NCBI RefSeq assembly: GCF_965216145.1
Contig: NZ_OZ244149.1
Coordinates: 417,011 to 481,010, forward strand
Reading direction: 5' to 3'
Length of the DNA stretch: 64,000 nt
From: Candidatus Palauibacter sp.
GTDB lineage: Bacteria > Gemmatimonadota > Gemmatimonadetes > Palauibacterales > Palauibacteraceae
The stretch's first letter is position 1; each line of letters starts with the position of its first letter. The translations under genes and the position numbers were made by a program. The notes below the pieces were generated by a model that was given only the letters and a program-made list of their open reading frames with translations, did not search any database and was not told the origin of the DNA. This document shows, one piece after another, positions 9,028-18,589 of this stretch.

Positions 9028-9822
9028 TCACGGCTGTTCTTGAGGGGGTGTAGCGCTTTCGGCAGCACAGGCGATGGCGTCAAGCTTCTCGCTCACTTCC
9101 GGATCGACATCCGCAGGCGGCATGTGGCCGACGAGCCGGTAGAAGTTGCCCTTCGGCATGAGGTTTGGCAGGCCCAGCTTCGAGAAGTACGCGGTGAGCA
9201 GCGGCTTCAGGAACTCCGTGCTCACCTTCAGGTCGGCGCCCCACGGCGACGGCTTCCCGAGACGCCGCACGTTCACGGCGCCCTCGTCGAGCCGGGTCTC
9301 GGCCGCAGCCAGCCCCGACATCGGCGGCAGGAAGGCCATCCTCACGCTCCCCGCCTCGTCGGGGACGGGCATGCGGTCGGGAACGCGATCCTCCGTCAAC
9401 CGCAGCGGACGGCAGTACACCGACTCGTCGTTCGCGTAATCGAACTCGAGCCCGCACGTCCAGGCACGCCCGCGGGTCACCCCCTCGACGATGATGTCGA
9501 TGCGGATGTTCCTCGTTTGCTGTTTACCGCCTACGTACCGCACATCTCGCACCCGAAGATCCCGCCACGCGAGCTTAACGCTCGGAATTGGAATGGACAC
9601 GAGATCGCGACGGTTGATGGTCACGCCCGGGCGTTTCTCGGGCGTTCTCTTGCCGGCCCGCTTGGCGTTCCACTGGGTCAGCCCCGTGTGCCACAGGGCG
9701 AGCGCCTGCATGGCGGAGGTCTTGCCCGAATTGTTGGGTCCGATGAAGACGACCGGGCTCCCGAGCTCGACTTCGACGTCTTCGAAGCGCTTGAATCTTC
9801 GAATGGTCAGCTTTGTCAGCAT
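9028..9822 (-). CDS. AAA ATPase N-terminal fragment (AAA_15/AAA_21-like, as in GajA/PtuA/OLD-family ATPases), probably truncated
   Basis: Start at internal ATG (MLTKLTIRRFKRFEDVEVELGSPVVFIGPNNSGKTSAMQAL). Walker A present, but no Walker B, signature or H-loop before the stop at 264 aa. Confidence 0.5.
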   Translation of the reverse strand: MLTKLTIRRFKRFEDVEVELGSPVVFIGPNNSGKTSAMQALALWHTGLTQWNAKRAGKRTPEKRPGVTINRRDLVSIPIPSVKLAWRDLRVRDVRYVGGKQQTRNIRIDIIVEGVTRGRAWTCGLEFDYANDESVYCRPLRLTEDRVPDRMPVPDEAGSVRMAFLPPMSGLAAAETRLDEGAVNVRRLGKPSPWGADLKVSTEFLKPLLTAYFSKLGLPNLMPKGNFYRLVGHMPPADVDPEVSEKLDAIACAAESATPPQEQP

Positions 9823-9901
9823 ACGACGCCACCACTTCCCGTCCGGTCGCTTGCATGCGGCTTCAGCCAGCAGAGCAGCGGAACCGCGCATGGCGCACTG
9901 C

Positions 9902-11272
9902 TCATCTGACCCCCTGGAACTCCGCATCCACTCGTTCCAAGTCACGTCTCAGGTCATTCGCCGCTTGGCGCGCAAGGCGGAGCCGTTCCTTCTGATTCCG
10001 GCACCGTTCGCCCAGTTCCGAATAGCATATGGACAGATTGAGAAGTGACGAGAACAGGCCTTGAGCTGCCGTGTCGACCGCCTTGAGATCTTCCGGCGAA
10101 AAAGGCAGATCGCTTCCGCGCTCACCAAGTTCTTGGCCTTGCCCCGCCAGCTCGCGTAGACGCAGATCGCACTCGTTCGGCGTGCTCTTACCCGCTTCGA
10201 GATCGGAGAGGACGCGGATCACATTTTGCACGAGAGGACGGCTGGCTGAAACAAGTGTCTTGATCTCCCTTAGCATGGGCCCCTTCTTGCCCGTATGCTG
10301 TCGATGGAATTCTCTCCAGTGCCCGTACTGGTGATTCCAAAGAATCGAGACACCATCCCAAACTTCGTCACCGTCCCACGGCATCGGACGACAGGATGGA
10401 TCGAGGCCCGGATCAACCCACTGAGTTCGCGCAATCCAGTTCGCGTGACGAACGTCGTCGTGTCCGCCCGCCACATAGAGGTATACGACGTCTGCTCTAT
10501 GCCCGGACCAAAGCGCCTCAAGTTGAGGACTTCGGTGGTATTCCTCTTCGCGAATCTCCGGAAGAGCCCGACTGATCACGTCCCTAACGCCATCGCGCCC
10601 CGCGTGGCGATCAACTACCAGCACCGCTGAATAACGCTTGGCACCCGCATGACTCACGTCCTCGAGCCGCACGATCTCGTACGGCAGGTCGCCCTTCACC
10701 GGCACTTCGAGGATTGCGTCGGGCGCACGACGCTGGCCACAGGCACACGTCCCGTCGTTACGGAACAGCTTCCCGTCCCGAGGGCAGATCTTCTCGTATG
10801 CGATGAGGAGCCGGGCGCAATCAACCGTATCGACGATGAGGTGTGGGACAGTCGCGTCGCTGGCCGTCTGCGCAAAGTCGCGTCGCGCATCATCCTGAAT
10901 GTCCCCTACGGCCATCAGCACTGCCAAACCGAGGTCCGGTATCGTTCGGAGCTTAGCGAACTGATGAGAAACGATTTTGCTCGTAACCTTCGGGAAGGAA
11001 GGACCCTTCAAGACGAAGCCGGCGGTAACCGGACGACCACGTAGGACGATCCGAGTCGTAACGATGTCGGCGATCTCCGTTGGACCGTGTGGCGTTTCGT
11101 TCGGGTCGAAGAGGATCTCACGAACTGCTGATTCCAGCGCACGTTCGTTCAACCGCCGAACCTCCGCGAGCACGTCGTCAGACACGCCTGTGGCTGGAAT
11201 CCGAACCACCTTGGCGAACTGATCGATTTCACCGAGCGCCACCAAACGGGCCCGGTTCACGCCGATCCCCAT
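9902..11272 (-). CDS. Hypothetical protein (456 aa) with Cys cluster and C-terminal coiled coil; candidate partner of the methyltransferase
   Basis: Start at internal ATG (MGIGVNRARL...), 29 nt after the methyltransferase stop. Contains CPRDGKLFRNDGTCACGQ and a charged C-terminal helical region. No confident family assignment. Confidence 0.5.
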   Translation of the reverse strand: MGIGVNRARLVALGEIDQFAKVVRIPATGVSDDVLAEVRRLNERALESAVREILFDPNETPHGPTEIADIVTTRIVLRGRPVTAGFVLKGPSFPKVTSKIVSHQFAKLRTIPDLGLAVLMAVGDIQDDARRDFAQTASDATVPHLIVDTVDCARLLIAYEKICPRDGKLFRNDGTCACGQRRAPDAILEVPVKGDLPYEIVRLEDVSHAGAKRYSAVLVVDRHAGRDGVRDVISRALPEIREEEYHRSPQLEALWSGHRADVVYLYVAGGHDDVRHANWIARTQWVDPGLDPSCRPMPWDGDEVWDGVSILWNHQYGHWREFHRQHTGKKGPMLREIKTLVSASRPLVQNVIRVLSDLEAGKSTPNECDLRLRELAGQGQELGERGSDLPFSPEDLKAVDTAAQGLFSSLLNLSICYSELGERCRNQKERLRLARQAANDLRRDLERVDAEFQGVR

Positions 11273-11303
11273 CCGGTCGTGAAAGACCTGTTCTGCCTTG
11301 TTC

Positions 11304-14300
11304 TCAAGTCGTTCCTCCCGCCGACAGGTGTTGCGTACCCTGCGCACGTTCGGAATTTAGAGCCATCAGGCGGGCCAACACCTCGTCCCGCACCTCGTTG
11401 GGCCAGCGATATCGATGGGGTGCCCTTGCACGGCGACGCTCATCTTCGTCGGTCTCATGGTTGAGCAGGAACTCGCATCGGGTAGGGATGTCGGACCAGC
11501 CGTACGCATCGAGGACGACCCGATCGATGTCCGCGTGAAGCTCGCGGAGCCTCGATACCGCCGGATCCGTTTCGTTCCGGTCGTGGAACCGGTTGTACGT
11601 CTTGGTCAAGCCCTCCTGGTTGTGAAGCATGAGGTCGCCGCGAAACTCGTAGTATGCCTTGCCGACTCGCTCCCGGACGGGATCTGCATGCCAGTCTGGA
11701 GGAAACGGGAAAGTCTCAAAGCAGTCGGACGGCGTGTACCGCAGCCGTTCCTCAAGCGTCGACCCGAAAAAGCGTGCCCAAACCTCGTGAACGCGGGATT
11801 GAAGGACGCAAAACGCTGCGTAAGTGTCCATGGAAAAAATCACAAGAGTGTTGGCGAAAACCATTCGGGCTGGAAGAAACGCTAATGCCAGATGGGGCGT
11901 GGCACCGCAGTTGACGGCCAACACTCGATTCAAATCCGCGATGGTCGCGTAGAGTCCTGCAGCTTTTTCGGCGTGTTGCCACCAACGCTCTCGACGCACC
12001 TTACGGTTCTGTCGCTCACGGTCGGGCTTCACCTTTTCTTCTAGAATCTGCACTAACTCTGGCCATCGCTCGCGGCACTCGTCCTGCCGACGCTTGCCAA
12101 AGTTGATCACGTAGCGGTGATGCGCTTGCGCGAGGCTCGTGTTGACCTCCTGCCCGCCAATGTAGGGGAAGATCACTTGCGCATTGTGCGGATCCTCAGC
12201 GATAAGCCTCCGCATTTCGGCCAAGGGCGTGGCCACTCCCTTGGTGTCGGTGTCGTCGAACGTGAAGCCCATGCCGAGGACGATGCTCCCCTGAAAGCTC
12301 TGCTCCGCGTTTTCCTTGAGCCGCGGCGGGTCGTCGTTCCCACCTGCGTGGAACAGAAATGCCGTGATCCGTTCGACGGCGGCGTCATCGAGCGATTTCT
12401 GGTGCCCGAACCTCCCTTTCACGATGTGCAGGACGCTGACCACTACAGCCGCAACGCCCGGCCACTTGAAGCGGGTTTGCGCGCGGTAGATCTCTCCGCC
12501 GCGCGTGCAGATCCAGCGGAGGCCCGTGGACCGGGTGTCGCCTTGCGAAATCGTGTTCGTCGCGATGAGGCCCAGCGTGCCTTGTTTGCGCAGCAGGTTG
12601 AACGACCGCCGGAAGAAGTGGGCGACCAAATCCGCGTTGCCGTGGCTCCGCGCGTGCAGTTCCTTGAGCCACAGCGGGTAGCCGGGGACGTTCGAGGCCG
12701 CGACGGTGTTCTTGCCCGCGAACGGCGGGTTCCCGACGAAGGCGTCAAAGCCCGGGTTCCGGCGCTCGAACACCTCCGGGAACTCGATCTCCCAGTGGAA
12801 CGGGGCGAACGGCGTGGTCTCCTTCCGTTTCGCGGCGAGGCGCCCCCCGTGGGAGAGAACGGCGAGGCGTTCCGTATCGCTGTCGCCCAGAAGAGACGCG
12901 AAGTGCTGCCGCCGGCGGGCCTCCCGCTGCCTCGCTCTTGTCTCGAGGAAGAACGCCTCCAGCGCCAGATCGCCGAAGAACCGGACGTCCGTCAGCGCCG
13001 CGTTCGCGTCGTCCAGCTTGTCTCGAAGTTCCCGCTGGTCGATGTCGGGCGGCGCGTCCCTGATCTCCCCGCGTAGCGCGACCACGCGGTCCACTGCGTC
13101 CGAGACCACGGTGTTCAGCTCCAGCTGGGGCGGCAGGGATCCCCTCTTCCAGGTGAAGGCGGCGATCTGCGGCTTCGCCAGGCCGACCAGGGAGTCGCCG
13201 TCGCGGAGGGCGTGGTCCACGAAGGTGAGCGGTTCGTCCTTGGCCAGGGTGGCCAGCCACAACGACATCTTGGCGAGGTCCACCGCCATGGGGTTGCGGT
13301 CCACGCCGTAGAGGCAGCGATGCGCCACGAGACGGCGGGCGAACAGATCTTCGTCCTCCCCGGACGGGAGAGCGGGGAGCGTTCCGTGCATCCGCCATGC
13401 GGTGACGAGATGGTCGCCCAGTTGGCGGCAGGCCTCGACGAGGAAGGCGCCCGAACCCATGGCGGGATCGCAGACCTTGAGATCGAGGATCTGCTCGGCG
13501 CGGGGCGGGCCGCCGTCTCCGAGGCGTTCGAGGATCGGTTCCAGCGCTTGCCGCACGATCGGTTCGGTGAGTTCGCGCGGCGTGTAGTGCGATCCCGAGC
13601 GCCGCCGCGCCTCGCTGGGCTGGAGGATCATCGCGCCGCGCGGCACCAGATCCGGTGTGGCCGCCGCGTCGATGACGTTGTGCAGGGAGGCGTGCGCGTC
13701 GGCGAGCGTTTGCGCCGCGCGGAGGGGCTTGCTCACGGTGGGCGTCAGCTTTCGGCCCGTCCGGTCAAGAATCCATTTCGGGCGATCGACGGGCGCAACA
13801 TCCAAGAGCAGTTCCAGATCCACCGTTGTCGAGGCTCCGAGCTTCTTCTGCGCCTTGACGGCGGCGGACCGGCCCGTCGCGGTCTCCAGCCGGAACCCCA
13901 TCATCGTCTCGTACACGGAGCCGATCTGCTCCACGTCGAGCGCGCGGTACGAGATCCGTTCGCCGTCGAGGACCAGCAGCTTGTCGAGCACCCGGTAGAT
14001 CGTTCCGTCCGGCACCAACGGAACGTCGATCCCCTCGTGCACCTGCGGTGCGCCGCTCCCGCGCCATCCCTCGAGGAACGGGAACCGACTCGGGCTGAAC
14101 AGTTCTCCGCGCCGCGGCGGGAGTCTCATTCCGTCGCACTCCGCCCCGTCGTGGACCATGCGAAACAGCACGACGAGCTGTGCCCACGCCCCGTAGCGCT
14201 GGTCCATCGTGTCCGGGTTGAGCGCCGCGTCCTCCCTCAGCCTCTCGTACAGTCCGCCCAGCGAATAGGAGCCGAGGAAGGTCGCGTCGTCCGACAACAT

Positions 14301-15359
14301 CCCGCGCTCTTCGGCGTAGAGCACGAACACGAGGCGCAGTACGACGGTGAGGAGCGCGCGGTACACGTTGTCCGGATCCTCGTCCAGCGCCTCGCGCAGA
14401 AGCTTACCGTGCGACGCGTCGTGCGCCGCCTGGAAGCCACGCAACAACTCGTGCAGGGCGTGCAGCACCTGCTCGGCCAGCCGCTCGCTGACCACGTTCT
14501 GGTACTTGCGGCTGCTCTCCAGAAGGGCCGCCAGCCGTTGCTCCCGCGGCAGCGCCAGCAGCCGCTTCTCGGAGAGGAGGAGGCGTAGCGCCGCACACAG
14601 CGGGCGGCCCGCCGTGGAGAGCATGTCGCCGACCCGGAAGTCCATCCACCCGGAACTCTCGCCCCGCGGCGCGGACATGAGCCGGATCACGCGTCCGTTG
14701 AAGAGCAGCCCGGCGGGGACCCCGGTGCGGCGCAGCAGCCGTTCCATGCGCCCGTGGGGCGAGGCCTCGAGCCGGCCCGCACCCGTGGCGACGCGATCGA
14801 GGTCCTCCCCGGGGTCGAGGACGGTGACGAGCAGTTGCCACGGCACGCCTCCCTCCGCCGGATCCCGTTCGCGCACGGCGAGGCGGGGCCGCAGCACATC
14901 CCGGTATTCCTGGAGGCTGACCTCCAATTCGGGAGGAATGGGCGAATCGCCTATGCCCGCGTAGCCGCTGGGCGAGAAGCGCCAGCCCAGGACGGATCTC
15001 GCAAACGCTTCGAAGTCGGGCAGGTAGGGTTCGGGTTCTGCCGAGGTGCCGAACGCGCGTTCCCGGACGCACTCGTTCAGAAGCCGCTGTCCCCCGATGT
15101 CCCGCCGGTCAAGCACCGCGCCCGCCTGGACGAGCGCGTGTGCGGACACCACGAGCCCGGTCGGCTGGATGAACCCCAGCCACTCGAGGTGGTCCCGGAC
15201 GTAGGGCGAGGGCTTGGCCACGCGGCTCAGCCGGTCTCGGGCCAGAGATACACGAGTCCGACCGGCTCCACGCGACGCGCCCGCACCCGATAGAAGTCCT
15301 CGATCCGCGCCGGCTCGTCGCGCAGGTCGCGCTCGAACTGCTTGAGCCGGTCCCGCCAC
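11304..15359 (-). CDS. Gamma-class N6-adenine DNA methyltransferase (PglX / type IIG / Eco57I-like), ~1350 aa
   Basis: Motif order X-I-IV: SGSHYTP, then DPAMGSGAFL (SAM-binding motif I), then FVGNPPFAGKN (catalytic NPPF). Long N- and C-terminal extensions. ORF-track start is an alternative codon overlapping the helicase 3' end; the true start may be about 45 codons downstream. Confidence 0.8.
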   Translation of the reverse strand: MAGPAQAVRARPARRAGADRGLLSGAGASRGAGRTRVSLARDRLSRVAKPSPYVRDHLEWLGFIQPTGLVVSAHALVQAGAVLDRRDIGGQRLLNECVRERAFGTSAEPEPYLPDFEAFARSVLGWRFSPSGYAGIGDSPIPPELEVSLQEYRDVLRPRLAVRERDPAEGGVPWQLLVTVLDPGEDLDRVATGAGRLEASPHGRMERLLRRTGVPAGLLFNGRVIRLMSAPRGESSGWMDFRVGDMLSTAGRPLCAALRLLLSEKRLLALPREQRLAALLESSRKYQNVVSERLAEQVLHALHELLRGFQAAHDASHGKLLREALDEDPDNVYRALLTVVLRLVFVLYAEERGMLSDDATFLGSYSLGGLYERLREDAALNPDTMDQRYGAWAQLVVLFRMVHDGAECDGMRLPPRRGELFSPSRFPFLEGWRGSGAPQVHEGIDVPLVPDGTIYRVLDKLLVLDGERISYRALDVEQIGSVYETMMGFRLETATGRSAAVKAQKKLGASTTVDLELLLDVAPVDRPKWILDRTGRKLTPTVSKPLRAAQTLADAHASLHNVIDAAATPDLVPRGAMILQPSEARRRSGSHYTPRELTEPIVRQALEPILERLGDGGPPRAEQILDLKVCDPAMGSGAFLVEACRQLGDHLVTAWRMHGTLPALPSGEDEDLFARRLVAHRCLYGVDRNPMAVDLAKMSLWLATLAKDEPLTFVDHALRDGDSLVGLAKPQIAAFTWKRGSLPPQLELNTVVSDAVDRVVALRGEIRDAPPDIDQRELRDKLDDANAALTDVRFFGDLALEAFFLETRARQREARRRQHFASLLGDSDTERLAVLSHGGRLAAKRKETTPFAPFHWEIEFPEVFERRNPGFDAFVGNPPFAGKNTVAASNVPGYPLWLKELHARSHGNADLVAHFFRRSFNLLRKQGTLGLIATNTISQGDTRSTGLRWICTRGGEIYRAQTRFKWPGVAAVVVSVLHIVKGRFGHQKSLDDAAVERITAFLFHAGGNDDPPRLKENAEQSFQGSIVLGMGFTFDDTDTKGVATPLAEMRRLIAEDPHNAQVIFPYIGGQEVNTSLAQAHHRYVINFGKRRQDECRERWPELVQILEEKVKPDRERQNRKVRRERWWQHAEKAAGLYATIADLNRVLAVNCGATPHLALAFLPARMVFANTLVIFSMDTYAAFCVLQSRVHEVWARFFGSTLEERLRYTPSDCFETFPFPPDWHADPVRERVGKAYYEFRGDLMLHNQEGLTKTYNRFHDRNETDPAVSRLRELHADIDRVVLDAYGWSDIPTRCEFLLNHETDEDERRRARAPHRYRWPNEVRDEVLARLMALNSERAQGTQHLSAGGTT

Positions 15360-18300
15360 GAGCGGATGTTGGCCCGAAGCTGCTTCCGGTCCTCGTCGTC
15401 GAGGGCGAGCGTGAGCTGGGGTTCCTTCTCGTGCCGCTGCAGCTCCTTCTCGACGCGATCCCGCTGGCGAGTCAGGGTCTCGCGCAGCTCCCCCGCCTCC
15501 CGCTCACCGCGCTCGCTGAGACGCTCGGCCGCCTTCTTCGCCAACTCCTCCGCTCTGGGTTCCAACTGGGGTCTCAAGTCGCCGATGTCTGCGGGGGCCG
15601 CGGCGAGCAGCCGTTCCCGCACGGTCTCGCTCGGCTGCGACACCCGTTCCGAGTCGAGCACCCGGTCGAGCAGGGCCAGCGTCTTCCGCTCCGCGTCCGC
15701 CCGGTATCGCTCCAGCGGGCCCTGGCGGCGTTCGGGGTCCGTCCAGCGGGCCGTCACCGTAACGATCTCCTCGTGCAGGCGCTCCGCGCGTCGGCCGTAT
15801 AGCGACAGGCGCCCCAGCAGCACGACCCGGGGGATGGAGTCGGCCACCTGCGCGAGACAGGCCCGCGACAGGTCGTGGTGCACGAAGCCCTGCGCCCGGA
15901 ACCGGGCCAAGAGGCGCTGCGCGACCCGCTGTTCAAGGTGCAGGTGCACGACATCGTCCGTCAGTTCGCCCGGATCCTCGAACACGACCGGGCGGACGGG
16001 CGCCTCCCGCCGCCACTCCACGATCTTCTGATCCCGCTTCATCGGTGCGCGCAGCGTGTCGAGGGTCGACGCCCACGAGGGGTCCGCCGCCACCCGTCCG
16101 TCGAGGGCCGGGAACGACCACACCGCCCGCCCGTTCTCGTCGCGCGCCTCCCTCAGCGGCGCCGCGTTCTGAAGCCCCAGCGAGCACGACAGCGCCCTGC
16201 GGAATGCCTCAGGACCGAACCGCACCCACTCGCGCGACTTCTCGAGCAGGTTCCGGCAGCGCTCGATCTGATCCTCAAGATCGCTTTGCCGCTCGCGCGC
16301 CGACTCGAACTCGTCCGCCACGCGGCGCTTGCGGTCCGCCTCCAGATCCATCCCCGCCAGCGTCTCGGCGAGCCCCGTGGCATCACGGCGCCGAATCCCC
16401 TGCTTGAGCCGCTTCTCGATGTCCTCCTCGATCACCTTCGAGAGGCTGCCCAGCTCCCGGCGGATGGTCTCGGTCTTCCTCACCAGCACCTCGAGCACCC
16501 GGTCTTCGTGACGCTGGGGCAGGGTGAAGTAGTGGCAGCGCACTTCGTCCGCGGGCTGGAGCTTGCGGTCGATCCGCCCGTTGCGCTGCTCGATCCGGCC
16601 GGGGTTCCAGGGCAGGTCGAAGTGGAATAGGTCGGTGCAGTGCGCCTGGAAGTTCAGCCCCTCGCGCGCCGCATCCGTCGCCAGCAGGATGCGCAACGGA
16701 TCCCGCGACGGAGGCGTGTTGAAGCGGCGCTGGATTTCCTTGCGCCGCGCGCCGCTCGTGGCCCCCTCGATCACGGCAATCCGCTCCTCCGCCCTGTCCG
16801 TTCCCGCGATCGCGTGCGACAGCGCGTCCCTGAGGAACCGCTTGGTGCCCTCCACATGCTCGGTGAAGATCAGCACCCGGCGCTCGTTCCAGCGGGGCGT
16901 CCCCACTGCAGGCATTCCAAAGGGCGGAAGTTCGGGACACAGGTTCTCCCGGATCCAATCGAGGAGCGCGCGCGTCTTCGCGTCGGGGTGCGTGCGCGCA
17001 GAGTCCGCGACCTCCTGCATGCGGTCGAGCAGGCGCTGCTCCTTCCGCCACAAGTCCTCGATCCGGGCATCGCGCTTCAACGCCGACTCGGCCTCCCGGT
17101 TGGCGGCCTCGATCTGTGCTTCCTCCGCAGCTTCCTCAGCACCGTCGAGGATCTCGTCGTCCGCCCCCGGTGTCGTCAGGAAATCCTCCGCCAGCGCCCG
17201 GCGCGCCGCTCCGCCGCGAGCGTGCCGCTCGTCGCTTCCCGCGTTGCGGCCGGTCCCGGCCTCCCATTGCCTCTTCACCGTCTTCCGGTGCCGCGCGAGA
17301 CTGATGGCGAACGCCTCGATGGACGACAGCAGGCGCTGTTGAAGGCCGACGACGAGCAATCCCGCCGCCGCCCGCCCCCGGGCCGTCGCGTGGGCGAAGC
17401 GCTGGTCGCGCACGGAGCGGTATTCGTCCAGCAGCCTTGAGAGCACGAGTTCCGGCGCGTCCTCCGGCAGGTTGTCGATGACGACCGGTCTCACGTCCCG
17501 CTTGGGGAAGCCGCCCTGGATCTCGCGGATGTCTTCCTTGAGACGGCGGATCATCACGGCGTCGAGGTCCGTCTTCCCGCGCACCGTCACGCCTCGCGTG
17601 AAGCGGTGCGGGTCGAGCAGTTCCAACAGCGTGGAGAAGCTGTTCGAGTGCCCGTTGTGCGGCGTCGCCGACAGGAAGAGACGATGCTCGAAGCGGTAGC
17701 AGAGGTCGCGAATCGCGCGCGTGAACTTCGACTCGATGCCATACCGCCCGCCGTGGCTTGGGGCGGCGTGATGCGCCTCGTCCAGAATCAGCAGGCTTCC
17801 GGGCGACATCGTTCCGAGCCACTCCCGCATAGGATCCGCGTAGGCGGGATCGGCCAACAGCCGGTGCGAAACGAGGAACCGGCTGTGCGTCCGCCACGGA
17901 TTCACGCCGAAGCCGCGCTCGCGGCGCATCGTCGCCACGTAGTGCCGGTCCAGGATCTGGAACACGAGCCCGAACCGCTCCTCCATCTCCGCCTTCCACT
18001 GCTCCAGCACCGAGGGAGGCGCGGCCACAACGATGGTCTTCGCCTTTCGGCGCAGGAGAAGCTCGCGCGCGATCAGCCCGGCCTCGATCGTCTTGCCCAG
18101 ACCGGTGTCGTCCGCGATGAACAGGTTCACGCGCGGCAGGCGGAGGGCCTTCCTCAGCGGCTCCATCTGGTAGGCGTCTAGGGTGATCCCGGCCCGGAAC
18201 GGCGCCTGAAACAGCGACGGATCGGTCGCGGTCGTGCAGCTCCACCGCAACGTGTTGAGGAAGGCCGCGAAGTACTCCGGCGAGTCGAAGCCGCGCTCCG

Positions 18301-18589
18301 CCAAGTTCTCCCACGGCTCATCATCGAGGATGGCGCGGTCGAGCTCGTACTTCCAGAAGACTTCGAGTTCCTGCCCCTGCGCATCGTCATCCGCGCACGC
18401 CAGCCGGACCCGCGCGGACTCACTGGACTGTCGGCCCCCCGTCACCTCCTCCACCAGCCAGCGCCGTGTACGTACCCGCACCATCTCCCCCACCTCCGGA
18501 TCCCGGCTTGGCAAGCCACGGGAAAGCCGAGGGTCACCGTGGGCGTTAGCTGCGTCATGGGAACCGAGCGGTTCCAGGTCAGGCGTCAT
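15227..18589 (-). CDS. SF2 helicase, SNF2/DEAH-type (DISARM DrmD-like / BREX helicase-like), ~1120 aa
   Basis: Helicase motifs I LFIADDTGLGKT, II LLILDEAHH, III LFLSATPHNG, VI QRNGRIDRKLQ; long C-terminal coiled-coil region. Confidence 0.8.
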   Translation of the reverse strand: MTPDLEPLGSHDAANAHGDPRLSRGLPSRDPEVGEMVRVRTRRWLVEEVTGGRQSSESARVRLACADDDAQGQELEVFWKYELDRAILDDEPWENLAERGFDSPEYFAAFLNTLRWSCTTATDPSLFQAPFRAGITLDAYQMEPLRKALRLPRVNLFIADDTGLGKTIEAGLIARELLLRRKAKTIVVAAPPSVLEQWKAEMEERFGLVFQILDRHYVATMRRERGFGVNPWRTHSRFLVSHRLLADPAYADPMREWLGTMSPGSLLILDEAHHAAPSHGGRYGIESKFTRAIRDLCYRFEHRLFLSATPHNGHSNSFSTLLELLDPHRFTRGVTVRGKTDLDAVMIRRLKEDIREIQGGFPKRDVRPVVIDNLPEDAPELVLSRLLDEYRSVRDQRFAHATARGRAAAGLLVVGLQQRLLSSIEAFAISLARHRKTVKRQWEAGTGRNAGSDERHARGGAARRALAEDFLTTPGADDEILDGAEEAAEEAQIEAANREAESALKRDARIEDLWRKEQRLLDRMQEVADSARTHPDAKTRALLDWIRENLCPELPPFGMPAVGTPRWNERRVLIFTEHVEGTKRFLRDALSHAIAGTDRAEERIAVIEGATSGARRKEIQRRFNTPPSRDPLRILLATDAAREGLNFQAHCTDLFHFDLPWNPGRIEQRNGRIDRKLQPADEVRCHYFTLPQRHEDRVLEVLVRKTETIRRELGSLSKVIEEDIEKRLKQGIRRRDATGLAETLAGMDLEADRKRRVADEFESARERQSDLEDQIERCRNLLEKSREWVRFGPEAFRRALSCSLGLQNAAPLREARDENGRAVWSFPALDGRVAADPSWASTLDTLRAPMKRDQKIVEWRREAPVRPVVFEDPGELTDDVVHLHLEQRVAQRLLARFRAQGFVHHDLSRACLAQVADSIPRVVLLGRLSLYGRRAERLHEEIVTVTARWTDPERRQGPLERYRADAERKTLALLDRVLDSERVSQPSETVRERLLAAAPADIGDLRPQLEPRAEELAKKAAERLSERGEREAGELRETLTRQRDRVEKELQRHEKEPQLTLALDDEDRKQLRANIRSWRDRLKQFERDLRDEPARIEDFYRVRARRVEPVGLVYLWPETG

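Noticed and set aside
11415-15293. Plus-strand ORFs antisense to the methyltransferase gene (for example 12117..13076 +, 13212..14588 +, 14754..15293 +)
   Set aside because: Low-complexity translations with no motifs; the minus-strand frame carries clear methyltransferase motifs.
9902-18589. Canonical DISARM, BREX or type I/III restriction-modification
   Set aside because: No DrmA/DrmB (DUF1998), PLD DrmC, PglZ, BrxC, BrxL, HsdS or Res-like nuclease-helicase recognised; only the helicase + methyltransferase core is present, so it is reported as DISARM/BREX-like rather than a named system.
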